Shown here: one piece after another, positions 16,606 to 27,275 of the stretch
Layout: each line of letters opens with the position of its first letter
Numbering within the stretch: position 1 is the stretch's first letter
Assembly (NCBI GenBank): GCA_012959985.1
Contig: DUCD01000030.1
Span: 3,178 to 44,036, forward strand
DNA: 40,859 bases
Reading direction: 5' to 3'
From: Verrucomicrobiales bacterium
GTDB lineage: Bacteria; Verrucomicrobiota; Verrucomicrobiia; Limisphaerales; DUCD01
Position numbers and translations under genes: made by a program
The notes under the pieces: model-generated
What the model was told of the DNA's origin: nothing
Database searches by the model: none
The model's input: the letters and a program-made list of their open reading frames with translations, nothing else

Positions 16606-17763
16606 ATGAAATTCAATGCTTCTTCATTCACGATAGTGATCACCCTCGGATTCATCGCCGCGGGATGCTCTGAAAAGAATACTTTTGTGGAGCCTCCGCC
16701 TCCTGAAGTTACCGTATCCAAGCCGGAAATCCGGGACATCACCGTATTCCAAGGGTATTCTGGACGCCTATTGGCGAAAGAAACCATTGAGATCCGGGCA
16801 AGAGCGAATGGGTATCTGAGATCGGTGGATTTCAAAGACGGCCAGAGAGTTCAACAGGGCGATCAGCTTTTTGTGATTGAACCCGAACCCTTCCAGGCAA
16901 AACTGGCATCTGCTGAAGCCAAGATCGCGGAGACGAAAGCCAATGAAGAGATTGCTCAGGCAGACTTTGATCGACGGAGTAAAGCCTTTGAAACCCGGGC
17001 CGTAGCGGAACTGGACGTACTGGAATCCAAGGCAAACCTTCAAGCTGCCAAGGCGGGAGTCCTTGCCGCCAAGGCTTCTCTGAAACAGGCTGTCCTGGAT
17101 CTTTCCTATACCACCAATACCGCCCCGGCAATGGGCAGACTCGGTCGCAAACTCGTCAGTGTAGGAAACTTGGTTGGAGGTCCACAACCCACCCTATTGA
17201 CCACCTTGATCGTAGAAGACCCCATTCATGTCTATTTCTCAGTGCCGGAGCGGGTACTCATTCCCTTCCTTGGAAAAGCGATTCACCTGAAAACCAATCA
17301 ATTCGAGCCCCCACCGGTCAAACTGGAATTGGCCGATGGAACCATTTACGAGAAACCGGGTAGGTGGGATTTCATGGACAATCAGGTCGATTCCAAAACC
17401 GGCACCATTTCCATGAGAGCTGTTTTTCCAAATGAAAACGGACAACTTCTATCAGGGCTCTATGGTAAAATCCTTATTCCACGGACCGTCACTAATGCCG
17501 TCCTGGTAGCGGACCTTTCAATCCAGAGGGACCTCGGGGGCACTTTCGTCATGGTGGTGGACTCTGATAATAAGGTGGATGGCCGCTACGTGGAAATCGG
17601 GACGAAAGTGGATGATCAACGGATCATCACCGAAGGCCTGACGGGAGATGAGCGAGTCATCATCAGAGGAATCCAACGTGCCCGACCAGGAATTAAGGTG
17701 ACGCCCGTTTCAAGCAGTGAGTCCCCCGGTTCACCGAAGAAGAACACTTCTCCAAAACTTTAG
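16606..17763 (+). CDS. Efflux RND transporter periplasmic adaptor subunit (lipoprotein)
   Basis: 385 aa with the lipobox-like sequence LGFIAAGCSE. HlyD/AcrA-type architecture: lipoyl-like RANGYLRSVDFKDGQRVQQGDQLFVIEP, a coiled-coil hairpin, and a beta-barrel. It sits directly upstream of an RND pump gene. Confidence 0.9.
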   Translation: MKFNASSFTIVITLGFIAAGCSEKNTFVEPPPPEVTVSKPEIRDITVFQGYSGRLLAKETIEIRARANGYLRSVDFKDGQRVQQGDQLFVIEPEPFQAKLASAEAKIAETKANEEIAQADFDRRSKAFETRAVAELDVLESKANLQAAKAGVLAAKASLKQAVLDLSYTTNTAPAMGRLGRKLVSVGNLVGGPQPTLLTTLIVEDPIHVYFSVPERVLIPFLGKAIHLKTNQFEPPPVKLELADGTIYEKPGRWDFMDNQVDSKTGTISMRAVFPNENGQLLSGLYGKILIPRTVTNAVLVADLSIQRDLGGTFVMVVDSDNKVDGRYVEIGTKVDDQRIITEGLTGDERVIIRGIQRARPGIKVTPVSSSESPGSPKKNTSPKL

Positions 17764-17774
17764 ACCTCGATAGT

Positions 17775-20700
17775 ATGTTCACTCATTTCTTCATCCGACG
17801 GCCCATTTTTGCAGGTGTCATCTCGCTGGTGATCCTTCTGATCGGTGGCTTTGCGATGTTCACCCTGCCGATCGATCGCTATCCCGACATCGCCCCTCCA
17901 ACCATAACGGTGTCGGCGAATTACCCCGGTGCCGATTCCCGCACCGTGGCAGAAACCGTCGCCGCTCCCATCGAGCAGGAGGTCAATGGGGTTGAAAACA
18001 TGATCTACATGGAAAGCGTGAGCGCCAACGACGGATCCATGACGCTGACCGTGACCTTTGAAACGGGAACGGACCTGGACATGGCAAACGTCCTGGTCCA
18101 GAACCGGGTGACGGCCGCTGAGTCCAAACTCCCCGAAGAAGTCCGGCGTATGGGGATTAAGGTGGAGAAAAAAATGACCAGCGCCAACTTGTTTATGGCC
18201 ATCAGCAGTCCCGACGACAGTCGTGACGATTTTTTTCTATCAAACTACCTGAACCTGTCCATCAAGGACGAAATTGCCCGAGTCAATGGAGTCGGAAAAG
18301 TACAGACATTCGGAGTGGGAGAATTTTCGATCCGTGTGTGGCTGGACCCGGATAAACTCCGTTCGGCCCAGTTAACCGCGGAGGAGGTAGTGACCGCGAT
18401 TCGAGAACAGAATCAACAGGTGGCAGCGGGGCAAATCGGTGAACCTCCCGTTCCCGCAGGGCAAGCTTATCAGTTCGTGGTCAATGTCAAAGGGCGGCTG
18501 ACCGACGAGGAAGAATTCGGGAATATCGTCATCCGCACTGGCGAAGACGGCGGTATGCTCCGGGTTGGCGATGTGGCTGAAGTCGAACTCGGATCAGACA
18601 CCTATGCCTTCACGGCAAGATTCAACGGCAAGCCATGTGCTGCCTTGGCGGTTTACCAGATTCCCGGAGCGAATGCTCTGGCAGTAGCTGACGGGGCGAA
18701 AAAGAAGATGGAGGAATTGTCCCAAAGCTTTCCGACAGGTGTAGAATACGCGGTCGCCTATGACAATACCTTGGTCATTCGTGCCTCGCTGGAGGAAATG
18801 GTAGTTACCCTTTTCATCACACTCATTCTGGTGATCCTTACGGTCTACCTGTTTCTGCAGAATTTCCGAGCCACCCTGATTCCCACCGTGACCATTCCCG
18901 TCGCCTTGATCGGAACGTTTTCGGTCTTGGCAGCTTTAGGCTTCTCACTCAACCAGTTTACGCTTTTAGGATTGATACTAGTAATCGGTATCGTGGTGGA
19001 CGATGCCATCGTCGTAGTGGAAAACTGTTCGACCCACTTGGATAAAAGCACCAAGGACCCGAAAGAAGCCGCCCGACTGGCCATGAACGAAGTGACCGGA
19101 CCGGTGATCGCGACCACGTTGGTTCTTCTGGCCGTCTTCGTACCGACCGCCTTCATGGGAGGCATCACAGGTATTCTGTTTCAGCAATTCGCCGTCACCA
19201 TCTCCGTCGCGACTGTCTTCAGTTCGATCAACGCCCTGACCCTAAGTCCCGCATTGTGCGGTGTGCTGCTCCGTCCGACGGATAAAACAAAACAACCCTC
19301 CCCCCTGTTCACTGTCTTCAACAAGTTGATGGAGAAAAGCACGGGAGGCCTGGGTACAGTCGTCAGTCTGGCACTGCGCCGAACGGTGATTGGAATGCTG
19401 CTCTTCCTCGGTTTAGTGGCGGCCGCCGGCTATGGATTCATGCAACTGCCCGGAGCCTTCGTGCCACAGGAGGATGAAGGTTACTGCCTGCTTTCTGTGC
19501 AACTTCCGGACGCTGCCTCACAGGAAAGGACTAAAGCATTTTTTAAAGAAGTTGAAACCGTCGTGGAGAAAACTCCCGGAATCAAAAACAACCTGGTCAT
19601 TACGGGATATTCACTCTTGGATGGAGCCGTAGTTCCGAATGCGGGTTTCTGCTATATCGTATTTGAGGAATGGGGCGACCGCAGTCCGGAAGAACATCAA
19701 TCCTTCATCCTTAGAAACCTGAACAGGCAATTGCGTCGCCTTCAGGACGGGATTGCCTTTGCCTTCGCTCCACCATCCTTGCCGGGAGTGGGATTGGCCG
19801 GTGGATTTTCATTCCAACTTCAGGACAAAGGAGGGGGCGGCCTGGATCAACTTCAGAAGATAAGTCAGGAATTTATTGTCGATGGCAATGCCCAATCCGG
19901 ATTGAAGGGAATGAGCACCACCTTCAGCGCAAGAACCCCTCAACTGCTGGTCGATATCGACCGGGATCAAGTCCTGGCCAAAAACATTTCGATGGCGAGT
20001 GTCTTCAATACACTTCAGTATTACCTGGGATCGGTCTACATAAACGATGTCACTCTTTTCAATCGAGTCTTCAAGGTCAAAGCCCAGGCACACCCGAAAT
20101 TCCGCGGTGAATCGAAACATCTCGGACAATTTGAATTGAAGAACCGCACTGGCGACATGGTACCATTGGGATCGTTTATTGAGGTTAAGGAAATCCTGGG
20201 ACCTCAAACGGTCAAACGATACAATCTCTACCCTGCCGCTAAAATAATGGGGCAACCGGAAGGAAGCACCAGTTCCGGACAGGCCATGGACATTATCGAA
20301 GACGCGGCGACCAAAAAACTGCCCGCTTCCATGGGCATCGAATGGACGGAACTTTCCTATCAGGAAAGAGCGGCCAGCGGATCGACCACTATCATTTTCC
20401 TGATTGCGGTAGTGTTGGTCTACCTGGTTCTGGCAGCCCAGTATGAAAGCTGGAGCATTCCGATTTCAGTCTGCCTCGCCGTACCCACCGCCTTGCTCGG
20501 TGCCGTAATCTCCCTGATCCTACGCGGGTATGCCAATGATGTCTATGCTCAGGTCGGAATCGTTCTGCTGATCGGATTGTCAACCAAGAGCGCCATCCTG
20601 ATTGTGGAATTCGCCAAAGCACAACGTGATGATGGGCTCAGTACTTTTGAGGCGGCTTTGAGTGCGGCGAAACTGCGGTTCCGCGCGGTTCTCATGACGG

Positions 20701-20900
20701 CACTATCATTCATCCTGGGAGTCATCCCCCTGTTGATCGCATCAGGGGCCGGAGCTGAAAGCCGCAAGATCATCGGAACCACCGTTTTCGGAGGAATGCT
20801 GGTGGCAACCGTCGTCAGCCTCGTCGCCGTTCCAATGTTGTATTATGCCATTCAGGGAATGGTGGAAAAAGTGTTCGGATCAAAGACCCCAAAGTCTTAG
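17775..20900 (+). CDS. Efflux RND transporter permease subunit (HAE1/AcrB-like)
   Basis: 1041 aa. The N-terminus FFIRRPIFAGVISLVILLIGGFAMFTLPIDRYPDIAPPTITVSANYPGA is typical of AcrB/MexB-type pumps. It has a 12-TM, two-large-loop layout. Confidence 0.95.
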   Translation: MFTHFFIRRPIFAGVISLVILLIGGFAMFTLPIDRYPDIAPPTITVSANYPGADSRTVAETVAAPIEQEVNGVENMIYMESVSANDGSMTLTVTFETGTDLDMANVLVQNRVTAAESKLPEEVRRMGIKVEKKMTSANLFMAISSPDDSRDDFFLSNYLNLSIKDEIARVNGVGKVQTFGVGEFSIRVWLDPDKLRSAQLTAEEVVTAIREQNQQVAAGQIGEPPVPAGQAYQFVVNVKGRLTDEEEFGNIVIRTGEDGGMLRVGDVAEVELGSDTYAFTARFNGKPCAALAVYQIPGANALAVADGAKKKMEELSQSFPTGVEYAVAYDNTLVIRASLEEMVVTLFITLILVILTVYLFLQNFRATLIPTVTIPVALIGTFSVLAALGFSLNQFTLLGLILVIGIVVDDAIVVVENCSTHLDKSTKDPKEAARLAMNEVTGPVIATTLVLLAVFVPTAFMGGITGILFQQFAVTISVATVFSSINALTLSPALCGVLLRPTDKTKQPSPLFTVFNKLMEKSTGGLGTVVSLALRRTVIGMLLFLGLVAAAGYGFMQLPGAFVPQEDEGYCLLSVQLPDAASQERTKAFFKEVETVVEKTPGIKNNLVITGYSLLDGAVVPNAGFCYIVFEEWGDRSPEEHQSFILRNLNRQLRRLQDGIAFAFAPPSLPGVGLAGGFSFQLQDKGGGGLDQLQKISQEFIVDGNAQSGLKGMSTTFSARTPQLLVDIDRDQVLAKNISMASVFNTLQYYLGSVYINDVTLFNRVFKVKAQAHPKFRGESKHLGQFELKNRTGDMVPLGSFIEVKEILGPQTVKRYNLYPAAKIMGQPEGSTSSGQAMDIIEDAATKKLPASMGIEWTELSYQERAASGSTTIIFLIAVVLVYLVLAAQYESWSIPISVCLAVPTALLGAVISLILRGYANDVYAQVGIVLLIGLSTKSAILIVEFAKAQRDDGLSTFEAALSAAKLRFRAVLMTALSFILGVIPLLIASGAGAESRKIIGTTVFGGMLVATVVSLVAVPMLYYAIQGMVEKVFGSKTPKS

Positions 20901-20905
20901 TCTTA

Positions 20906-21040
20906 GGTAGGCCGTGCTGTCTCAGCGCGCCGCTGTTTGAATGCCGCTGTGTTGAAGCACCCTCAGCGCATCGCTGTGTTGGAGCTTAATTGTCTTACAG
21001 AAGATAAGGTGATCGACGCGCTGGGACAGCACGCCCTACC
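20906..21040. repeat. Long GC-rich inverted repeat between the convergent RND genes (REP-like; possible bidirectional terminator)
   Basis: ggtaggccgtgctgtctcagcgcgccg (20906-20932) pairs with cgacgcgctgggacagcacgccctacc (21014-21040), 24/27 bp. The right arm overlaps the stop codon of the minus-strand pump gene. The core resembles the inner palindrome of the MITE at 38086-38161. Confidence 0.6.
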
Positions 21041-24000
21041 CTCTTCCTAATTTTCTCAATTTGTTTCCCAACTGAAGAAGCAATGACAATAGACAAGGAA
21101 TGAAGAACAAAGTGGTGATCGTGGAAAAAAGCAGCCCGAATAATACAATAGTACCCAGTCCCCGATACAATTCAGATCCGGCTCCCGGCAAATAAACCAA
21201 TGGAGACAGACCACAGATGGTTGTGATCGTCGACATCATGATCGGACGCATCCGGGTTCGGATTGTTTCCAGGACGGCTTTTGAAATCTCCATCCCTTTG
21301 TCCCGAATATTCCGAACCGTTTGATCCACTATAAGGATGGGATTGTTGACGACCGTTCCGATCAAAATCAAAAACCCGAGCATGGTGATCATGTCCAAAG
21401 GCTGATTGACCTGGGAGACACCCAACCAACCGAAAAGCACATGAGTATGATTAAGCAGCCAAAGGCCGACAACTCCTCCACTGATACCCAGCGGAACAGA
21501 TAACATGATGATAAAGGGGTATCCCCAATGAGAAAAAATGGCGACCATCAAGAGAAACGCAATCAGGATCGCCAAAACAAAGTTTCCGCTCAATGCCTGT
21601 CGAGTCGTCTTCAGACGATCCACGGCACCGGCAATCTGAATGTTGACACCGGCCGGAAATTCGCCTTCCTCACGCATGGCCTGGATCAGATCCGTCTTCA
21701 CGATTTCAACCGCGGATTCCAAGGGAATCGTCTTTGGAGGCACTATGGTGAGGGTGACTGTACGACGGGCATCAACCCGTCGAATCATGTCAGTATGCAC
21801 TGTTCGTTTGACAGTAGCAAGGGCACTCAGGGGGAGAACCTCCTGATTGCGTGAGTAAATCAGTAAGTTATCCAAATCCTGAGGACTATTAATTTTACCT
21901 TCTGTGCTGTACAGAAACATATCAATCTTGTCATCGGACAAGAAGAATTCATCCAGGTAAGCTCCGTCTGAAAAAGCAGAAACCAAAAATCCCAATTCAC
22001 CGGCATCGATACCGAATTCACGGGCTCGTTCCCAATCGGGTCGAATTTCCAGTAGAGGTTGCCCCAGCTTCAATCCAGGCTGACTCCGAACCTGCGCATC
22101 GTCAAACAACTCATTAGCACGACGGAATGCTTTCAGACCAACCTCATAGATAGGAGCCAGATCCTCTCCATAAATATCCAAGTCAATGCTCCGTGTTCCT
22201 CCGGAGTTTCCGGAAAAAATGGAGCCTCTGGAAGAAAATGAATTCATGCCGGGTATTTCTCCGAACTTGTCCTTGATCACCTCAATCAAATCGTCTATGT
22301 GATTCGGATCCTTGGTCGCAATCACCGTCCAGAGGGAGGTAGGTCGAGCAAATATCAGCATGGAATAAAGCGCGGGCGCCTCCGTTTCTCCCCGATCCCA
22401 TTTGGTCGGATCGTCATCAACAAACGGGACGAAAAACTCGTTCATTCTATGAGCGATTTTCTCCATTTCATGGATATTGTAACCCGGCGGTGGAGACATC
22501 ACGGTGAATACTTTGGCTTCCTCCCCCTCCGGAAGGTATTCCGCTTCGGGAGTCATCCAGATGATGATACAGAATGTTACGGAGAGAACCACGGCTAGCA
22601 TCCCCAACATTCTTGAAACACTCGCCAACAACCATGAAATGAAACCGATTACGATATTCTGAAAACCCATCGCCCCCCGAGCAAGGAAGTCCAATCCATA
22701 TTCTGAAGACTTACGCCGCTGTTTCCCGGATTGATAATCGAACCACCTTGATGCCGCACAGGGAATAACCGCAATCGCCACCAACATTGACATTAGAATC
22801 GAAGAGGAAATCGCTACGGCAATTTCGGAATACAACTGCCCTGCTTCCTCCTTGATAAAGATAATCGGAAGGAAAACAAAGACCGTCGTCAACGTTGAGG
22901 CAAACACGGCCGTCCAAACTTCACTCACACCTGAAAGGGCCGCATCGAAAGGCTTTTTCCCCATTCGAAGATGTCGATAGATGTTTTCCATCACGACAAT
23001 GGAGTTGTCCAGTGTCATACCAATGGCAAACGCAACGCCAGCCAGAGAAATGACGTTAATGGTCCGCCCGGTGATCAAAAGCCCTAGGAAAGAGGCAATG
23101 GTGCAGATGGGAATTCCAATGCAACCGATGCAGGTCGCCCGAAATGATCTCAGGAATAAGAAAAGGACCAACGCTGCCAAAGAACTCCCGATCAAAAGAT
23201 TCTTCCTCACTAATGACACGGCTGACACGACATATTTCACATCATCGCTCGCCAAAAGAATTCGCAGACCCTGCTCCTTAAGAATACCTTCGTTCAACTC
23301 TTTCACCGCCTCGCTGACATGATCCATGACTTCGATGACATTTGACCCGATCTGACGCTTGACACTGATCGAGATGGAAGGAGCCCCATTAAAGGTCGCT
23401 ATACGATCCGGTTCGGAATGATCCAGCTCTGCATAACCGACATCACGGAGATAAACCAATGAACCCTCACGTTCCGCAAGCACAGTATCCGTGATTTCTT
23501 CGACCGTCTGATACCGACCAACGGTTCTCAACATGTAACGACGTTTACCACTTTCAATGTCTCCGCCCGTCACATCGACATTACGCCGTCGAAGCGCATT
23601 CCTCAGCTCAAGGATCCCTATCTGTCGTTCTGCCAGTTTCATCGGGTCCACAAACACTTTCACCTGCCGATCCGCCCCTCCGCTGACATAGACTTCCGAA
23701 ACTCCAGGCGATCTCTCAATCGCCGTACGGACATAATCTTCCACAAAATCCCGCATCATGATGAGGTTCACCTTCTTCGGATTACCGGGAATTGTCTGGA
23801 CACTGTAATAGAGAAAGGAGGCCTCGGATGCGGAAGCAGCATAGATGCGGGGTTCATCGACATTCTCCGGATAAGAAGGGACCTGAGACAGCGCGTTGTT
23901 GACTTTGATCAAAACCTTCTGAACATCCGTTCCGGGAAGAAATTCCAGATCGATCCGGGCATAATTCATTCCCGCTTCAGAAGTCATCCGATCGAGGCTG

Positions 24001-24218
24001 GGAATGGATCGAAGATGTTTTTCCTGTTCGATGAGGATCTCATTTTCCACATCTTGAGGAGTTGCCCCGGGCCATGTGGTGTAAATCCGAATCGAGGTAA
24101 CATCCATATTCGGAATCATCTGGATGGGCACCCGAAAGATAGCAGCCACACCGATCAGACAGATGATCAGGACCACAACGGTTAATTTGACTCCGTGCTG
24201 GATGGCGAATCGAAACAT
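21036..24218 (-). CDS. Efflux RND transporter permease subunit (AcrB/AcrD/AcrF family, divergent)
   Basis: 1060 aa with 12-TM RND architecture and two large periplasmic loops. The N-terminus reads MFRFAIQHGVKLTVVVLIICLIGVAAIFRVPIQMIPNMD. It is preceded by its own adaptor gene, 5 nt upstream. Confidence 0.9.
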   Translation of the reverse strand: MFRFAIQHGVKLTVVVLIICLIGVAAIFRVPIQMIPNMDVTSIRIYTTWPGATPQDVENEILIEQEKHLRSIPSLDRMTSEAGMNYARIDLEFLPGTDVQKVLIKVNNALSQVPSYPENVDEPRIYAASASEASFLYYSVQTIPGNPKKVNLIMMRDFVEDYVRTAIERSPGVSEVYVSGGADRQVKVFVDPMKLAERQIGILELRNALRRRNVDVTGGDIESGKRRYMLRTVGRYQTVEEITDTVLAEREGSLVYLRDVGYAELDHSEPDRIATFNGAPSISISVKRQIGSNVIEVMDHVSEAVKELNEGILKEQGLRILLASDDVKYVVSAVSLVRKNLLIGSSLAALVLFLFLRSFRATCIGCIGIPICTIASFLGLLITGRTINVISLAGVAFAIGMTLDNSIVVMENIYRHLRMGKKPFDAALSGVSEVWTAVFASTLTTVFVFLPIIFIKEEAGQLYSEIAVAISSSILMSMLVAIAVIPCAASRWFDYQSGKQRRKSSEYGLDFLARGAMGFQNIVIGFISWLLASVSRMLGMLAVVLSVTFCIIIWMTPEAEYLPEGEEAKVFTVMSPPPGYNIHEMEKIAHRMNEFFVPFVDDDPTKWDRGETEAPALYSMLIFARPTSLWTVIATKDPNHIDDLIEVIKDKFGEIPGMNSFSSRGSIFSGNSGGTRSIDLDIYGEDLAPIYEVGLKAFRRANELFDDAQVRSQPGLKLGQPLLEIRPDWERAREFGIDAGELGFLVSAFSDGAYLDEFFLSDDKIDMFLYSTEGKINSPQDLDNLLIYSRNQEVLPLSALATVKRTVHTDMIRRVDARRTVTLTIVPPKTIPLESAVEIVKTDLIQAMREEGEFPAGVNIQIAGAVDRLKTTRQALSGNFVLAILIAFLLMVAIFSHWGYPFIIMLSVPLGISGGVVGLWLLNHTHVLFGWLGVSQVNQPLDMITMLGFLILIGTVVNNPILIVDQTVRNIRDKGMEISKAVLETIRTRMRPIMMSTITTICGLSPLVYLPGAGSELYRGLGTIVLFGLLFSTITTLFFIPCLLSLLLQLGNKLRKLGRG

Positions 24219-24223
24219 GATGT

Positions 24224-25345
24224 TTACAGGTCCAAGCTCTCCATAATCCGCACCTGACTATCATCTTCCAGAATCTCGTTGCCTCTCACAATCAGCCAAT
24301 CCTTTTCAGAAACTTCACCACTCAGGATTTCAATTTTGTCACGAAACAGTTTACCCGTTTGAACTGGGGTCTTCCGAATCCCGGCAAGAGCGTTTCGACG
24401 ATTCTTTATGACCACCACCCATTCATTGCCATCGGGATCCATGGCCACTGCATCTCGTGGAACTAAAAGTGAGTCTGAATTCGGTTCGAGCAATTTCAAC
24501 ATCACCCGGGCAGACATGCCTGGAGCAATCCGGTGTTTAGAGTTCTCAATATCAATCCGCATGGGAAAGGTCCGGGTCCCTCGTTTTCCTAATGGAATGC
24601 GTGACTGGATAGCACCCTGGAAATTTTCACCTGAAATCGAATCGAATTGAATGTGGACATCCGTCAGTGAATTTATTCGATTATAATAGACCTGGGGCAC
24701 GGGAAACTCAACCCGGACGGTATCGATCTCAACCAGAACAAACACCTCACTCCCGGACCGAACCCATTGCCCTATTTCAGTAATTTTTTCGACAATCACC
24801 CCGTTGAACGGCGCTCGAATCCGGTGGCGCTTCAATAATTCCTCCATCCTCGAGTATCCGGCTTTGAGACGATTCAATTCAGCCTTCTGGATTTGAACGT
24901 CCGCTTGCAAAGCGGCCAATTCGGTATCAGCAATTACGTGTTGCCGTGAAAGCTCCACCGCGTTCAAATGCTTTCGTTCTGCTTCATTCAGTGAAGCCTC
25001 GGCCCGGACCACGGCAGATCGGGATTCAAGAAGGCTCAATTCCGTCAAGGTTGAATCGATGAGGCAAAGCACTTCTCCGGTTTTCACATAATCCCCTTCC
25101 TCAACCATGATCTTCTGAACCAGCCCATCCACTTCTGACGAAAGTCGGGCAAAGCGTCGCGCCAGAACATTGCCCAAGAGTCGGACTTCCTGATAAACCG
25201 CAGAACGTGTCACCGGAGCAATGGAAACTGGAATGATCTTCTCTTCCTGTGCCTCCTCACCACAGACCGAAGGAAGAGTCATCCATGCCAGTCCAATAAC
25301 CGCACACCCCACTAAGAGGGATTGTTGTCTCCAACGAATATACAT
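24224..25345 (-). CDS. Efflux RND transporter periplasmic adaptor subunit
   Basis: 373 aa with an N-terminal signal/anchor. It has a lipoyl-like motif (VDGLVQKIMVEEGDYVKTGEVLCLID), a coiled-coil and a beta-barrel, and sits immediately upstream of the RND pump. Confidence 0.9.
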   Translation of the reverse strand: MYIRWRQQSLLVGCAVIGLAWMTLPSVCGEEAQEEKIIPVSIAPVTRSAVYQEVRLLGNVLARRFARLSSEVDGLVQKIMVEEGDYVKTGEVLCLIDSTLTELSLLESRSAVVRAEASLNEAERKHLNAVELSRQHVIADTELAALQADVQIQKAELNRLKAGYSRMEELLKRHRIRAPFNGVIVEKITEIGQWVRSGSEVFVLVEIDTVRVEFPVPQVYYNRINSLTDVHIQFDSISGENFQGAIQSRIPLGKRGTRTFPMRIDIENSKHRIAPGMSARVMLKLLEPNSDSLLVPRDAVAMDPDGNEWVVVIKNRRNALAGIRKTPVQTGKLFRDKIEILSGEVSEKDWLIVRGNEILEDDSQVRIMESLDL

Positions 25346-25760
25346 ATCAAATAATCACCCTAATGAACGATCCGAGAAAGCCAAGTGTAAGATGAAGTGA
25401 TTCCACTCATCTCGGATGTTTTGATTGAATAGACCGCTACCATTCATTTTAAAATCGCACATCAGTAGTAGTCAGCACTCTAACAACCCGTTGAAAAACG
25501 ATGACGGTCGCCGCTGAGATCTATTTTGGCTCTGATCAAGGAACGAGGAAGGAGCATTTAGTATTCCATTTTTCCCGCCACCTTTGACGTCCTTCCCAGG
25601 CAAAATACATATAAGCTTTTCATTCTCATGAGTCCCTTGTATTTCAGATGGCCAATTCCTGCCACTCCTTCCTTCGATTTTCCATCTTCAGAATCATACA
25701 TCGGAAGGATGTAACAGAATTTGTAAAAATTCTCCATCTTCGGAATTCTTACGAATTCCG

Positions 25761-27275
25761 CTACTTTGGAAAATACAAGTGACGGCCTTGTCGGGCGGCT
25801 TGAATCGCATCCTTTGTATCTTCTGCCGCGCCCGGATCTCCCTGCGCTCTCATCCAGGCATCCAGTTCCTGACTGAGTCGATTCTTGACGGTCATCATTT
25901 CTGAATTGCCAATCAGATTCAACATTTCATAAGGGTCATCAACGGTGCGGTAGAGTTCCTCGGGCGGACGGTGAGTATATCGCTTGACCAGATCATAGGT
26001 ATGCGAATTTTCCCAGGAGGACCAAACCCAGGAAGCCCAGTATGGATTGTTGAGGCTTCCGTTCCCATTAGTTCCCATCAGGTGCTTTTCAATGTAGATT
26101 TCATCGGGGCGCAGATTTCGAATATATCGAAACTGACCATCACTTACCGTGCGGATCGGATAGGCCGGACCTTCCGGTATGTTGTTATGAATCCCATAGA
26201 CGTATTTCCGGTGAGTGTTTTTCTCGCCAAGAAGGACCGGCAGAAAACTGTTTCCGTCAAAAGTATGCCTGGAGGATTCACTTTCGGCGGCATCAAGGAA
26301 AGTCGGCAGCACATCTGCATATTGAACCAGGGCATCCGTACGGTTTCCTGCCGCCACTTTGCCAGGCCAGCGCGCAATCATTGCCGTATGAAGACCCGTA
26401 TCCCAATTCGTCCATTTACAACCCGGAAATTGGGCACCCTGTTCGGAAGAAAACAAAACCAGAGTATCCTCGGAATGTCCGGATTTTCTCAAGGCTTCAA
26501 GGATGTCTCCAACCTGTCCGTCCATATAAGTAATCTCCGCAAGATAGCGCGAAAAAGCATCACGAGTAAGAGGGGTATCCGCGATATTAGGCGGGAGTTT
26601 TATCTTCTTTGGGGGATACTTCGAAGCATCCCCCATCACCCAGGGCACATGCGGTTCCACCAAAGCCACTACGAGACAGAATGGATCATCCGAATCCCCT
26701 TTCATGAACTCCTGAATAGACTGCGTGGTATGAAACCGAGTGGGATTCCGAACACAGTTCGGATCAAAGCCACCCACCTTGACAAAGGGAAACGCCCCGG
26801 CCGGTTTCACATGAACCTTTCCCGCCAAACCGACACGGTAACCGAGCGGCTCAAGATGCTGCGGCATGCTGGTAGCCGTCGGTCGACAGGCAGAATGGTT
26901 CCAGGCACATCCGTTGCGCAGCGGATACTGACCGGTATACAATTCCGCCCGACAGGGCTGGCACATCGCTTCACTCAAATACGCCCGGTTGAAGACCAAC
27001 CCTTCCGATGCCAGTCGATCAAGATTCGGAGTAAGCGCATTCTGTCCCCCGTAGACCGGCAAATCTCTGTAAGTGCAGTCATCCGCCATGATGATCAGGA
27101 AATTGGGGCGCCCTGCGGCTTGCGACCATTGGGTCTGCCCCAGGAACATTAGAACACCAGCCGTAAAAAGAATCAGGACTCGAACAGAATCGGTGAATCC
27201 CATAGGCAATCTAAAACGAGATCCCAGGAATTCGCAGGAATCCGATTTCAAAGTGGTATCGGTTTTTTTCTTCAT
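25761..27275 (-). CDS. Sulfatase (arylsulfatase A family)
   Basis: ORF 25761..27323. The probable start is ATG 27275 (MKKKTDT...). Signal sequence VLILFTAGVLMFLGQTQWSQAAG. PNFLIIMADD plus a formylglycine C-x-P-x-R motif (MCQPCRAELYTGQYP). Confidence 0.9.
   Translation of the reverse strand: MKKKTDTTLKSDSCEFLGSRFRLPMGFTDSVRVLILFTAGVLMFLGQTQWSQAAGRPNFLIIMADDCTYRDLPVYGGQNALTPNLDRLASEGLVFNRAYLSEAMCQPCRAELYTGQYPLRNGCAWNHSACRPTATSMPQHLEPLGYRVGLAGKVHVKPAGAFPFVKVGGFDPNCVRNPTRFHTTQSIQEFMKGDSDDPFCLVVALVEPHVPWVMGDASKYPPKKIKLPPNIADTPLTRDAFSRYLAEITYMDGQVGDILEALRKSGHSEDTLVLFSSEQGAQFPGCKWTNWDTGLHTAMIARWPGKVAAGNRTDALVQYADVLPTFLDAAESESSRHTFDGNSFLPVLLGEKNTHRKYVYGIHNNIPEGPAYPIRTVSDGQFRYIRNLRPDEIYIEKHLMGTNGNGSLNNPYWASWVWSSWENSHTYDLVKRYTHRPPEELYRTVDDPYEMLNLIGNSEMMTVKNRLSQELDAWMRAQGDPGAAEDTKDAIQAARQGRHLYFPK

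Noticed and set aside
25971-27152. 393-aa ORF antisense to the sulfatase gene.
   Set aside because: It has no recognisable motif and a strongly Arg/Ser/Ile-biased composition typical of an antisense frame. The opposite strand carries an unambiguous sulfatase with a CxPxR motif.
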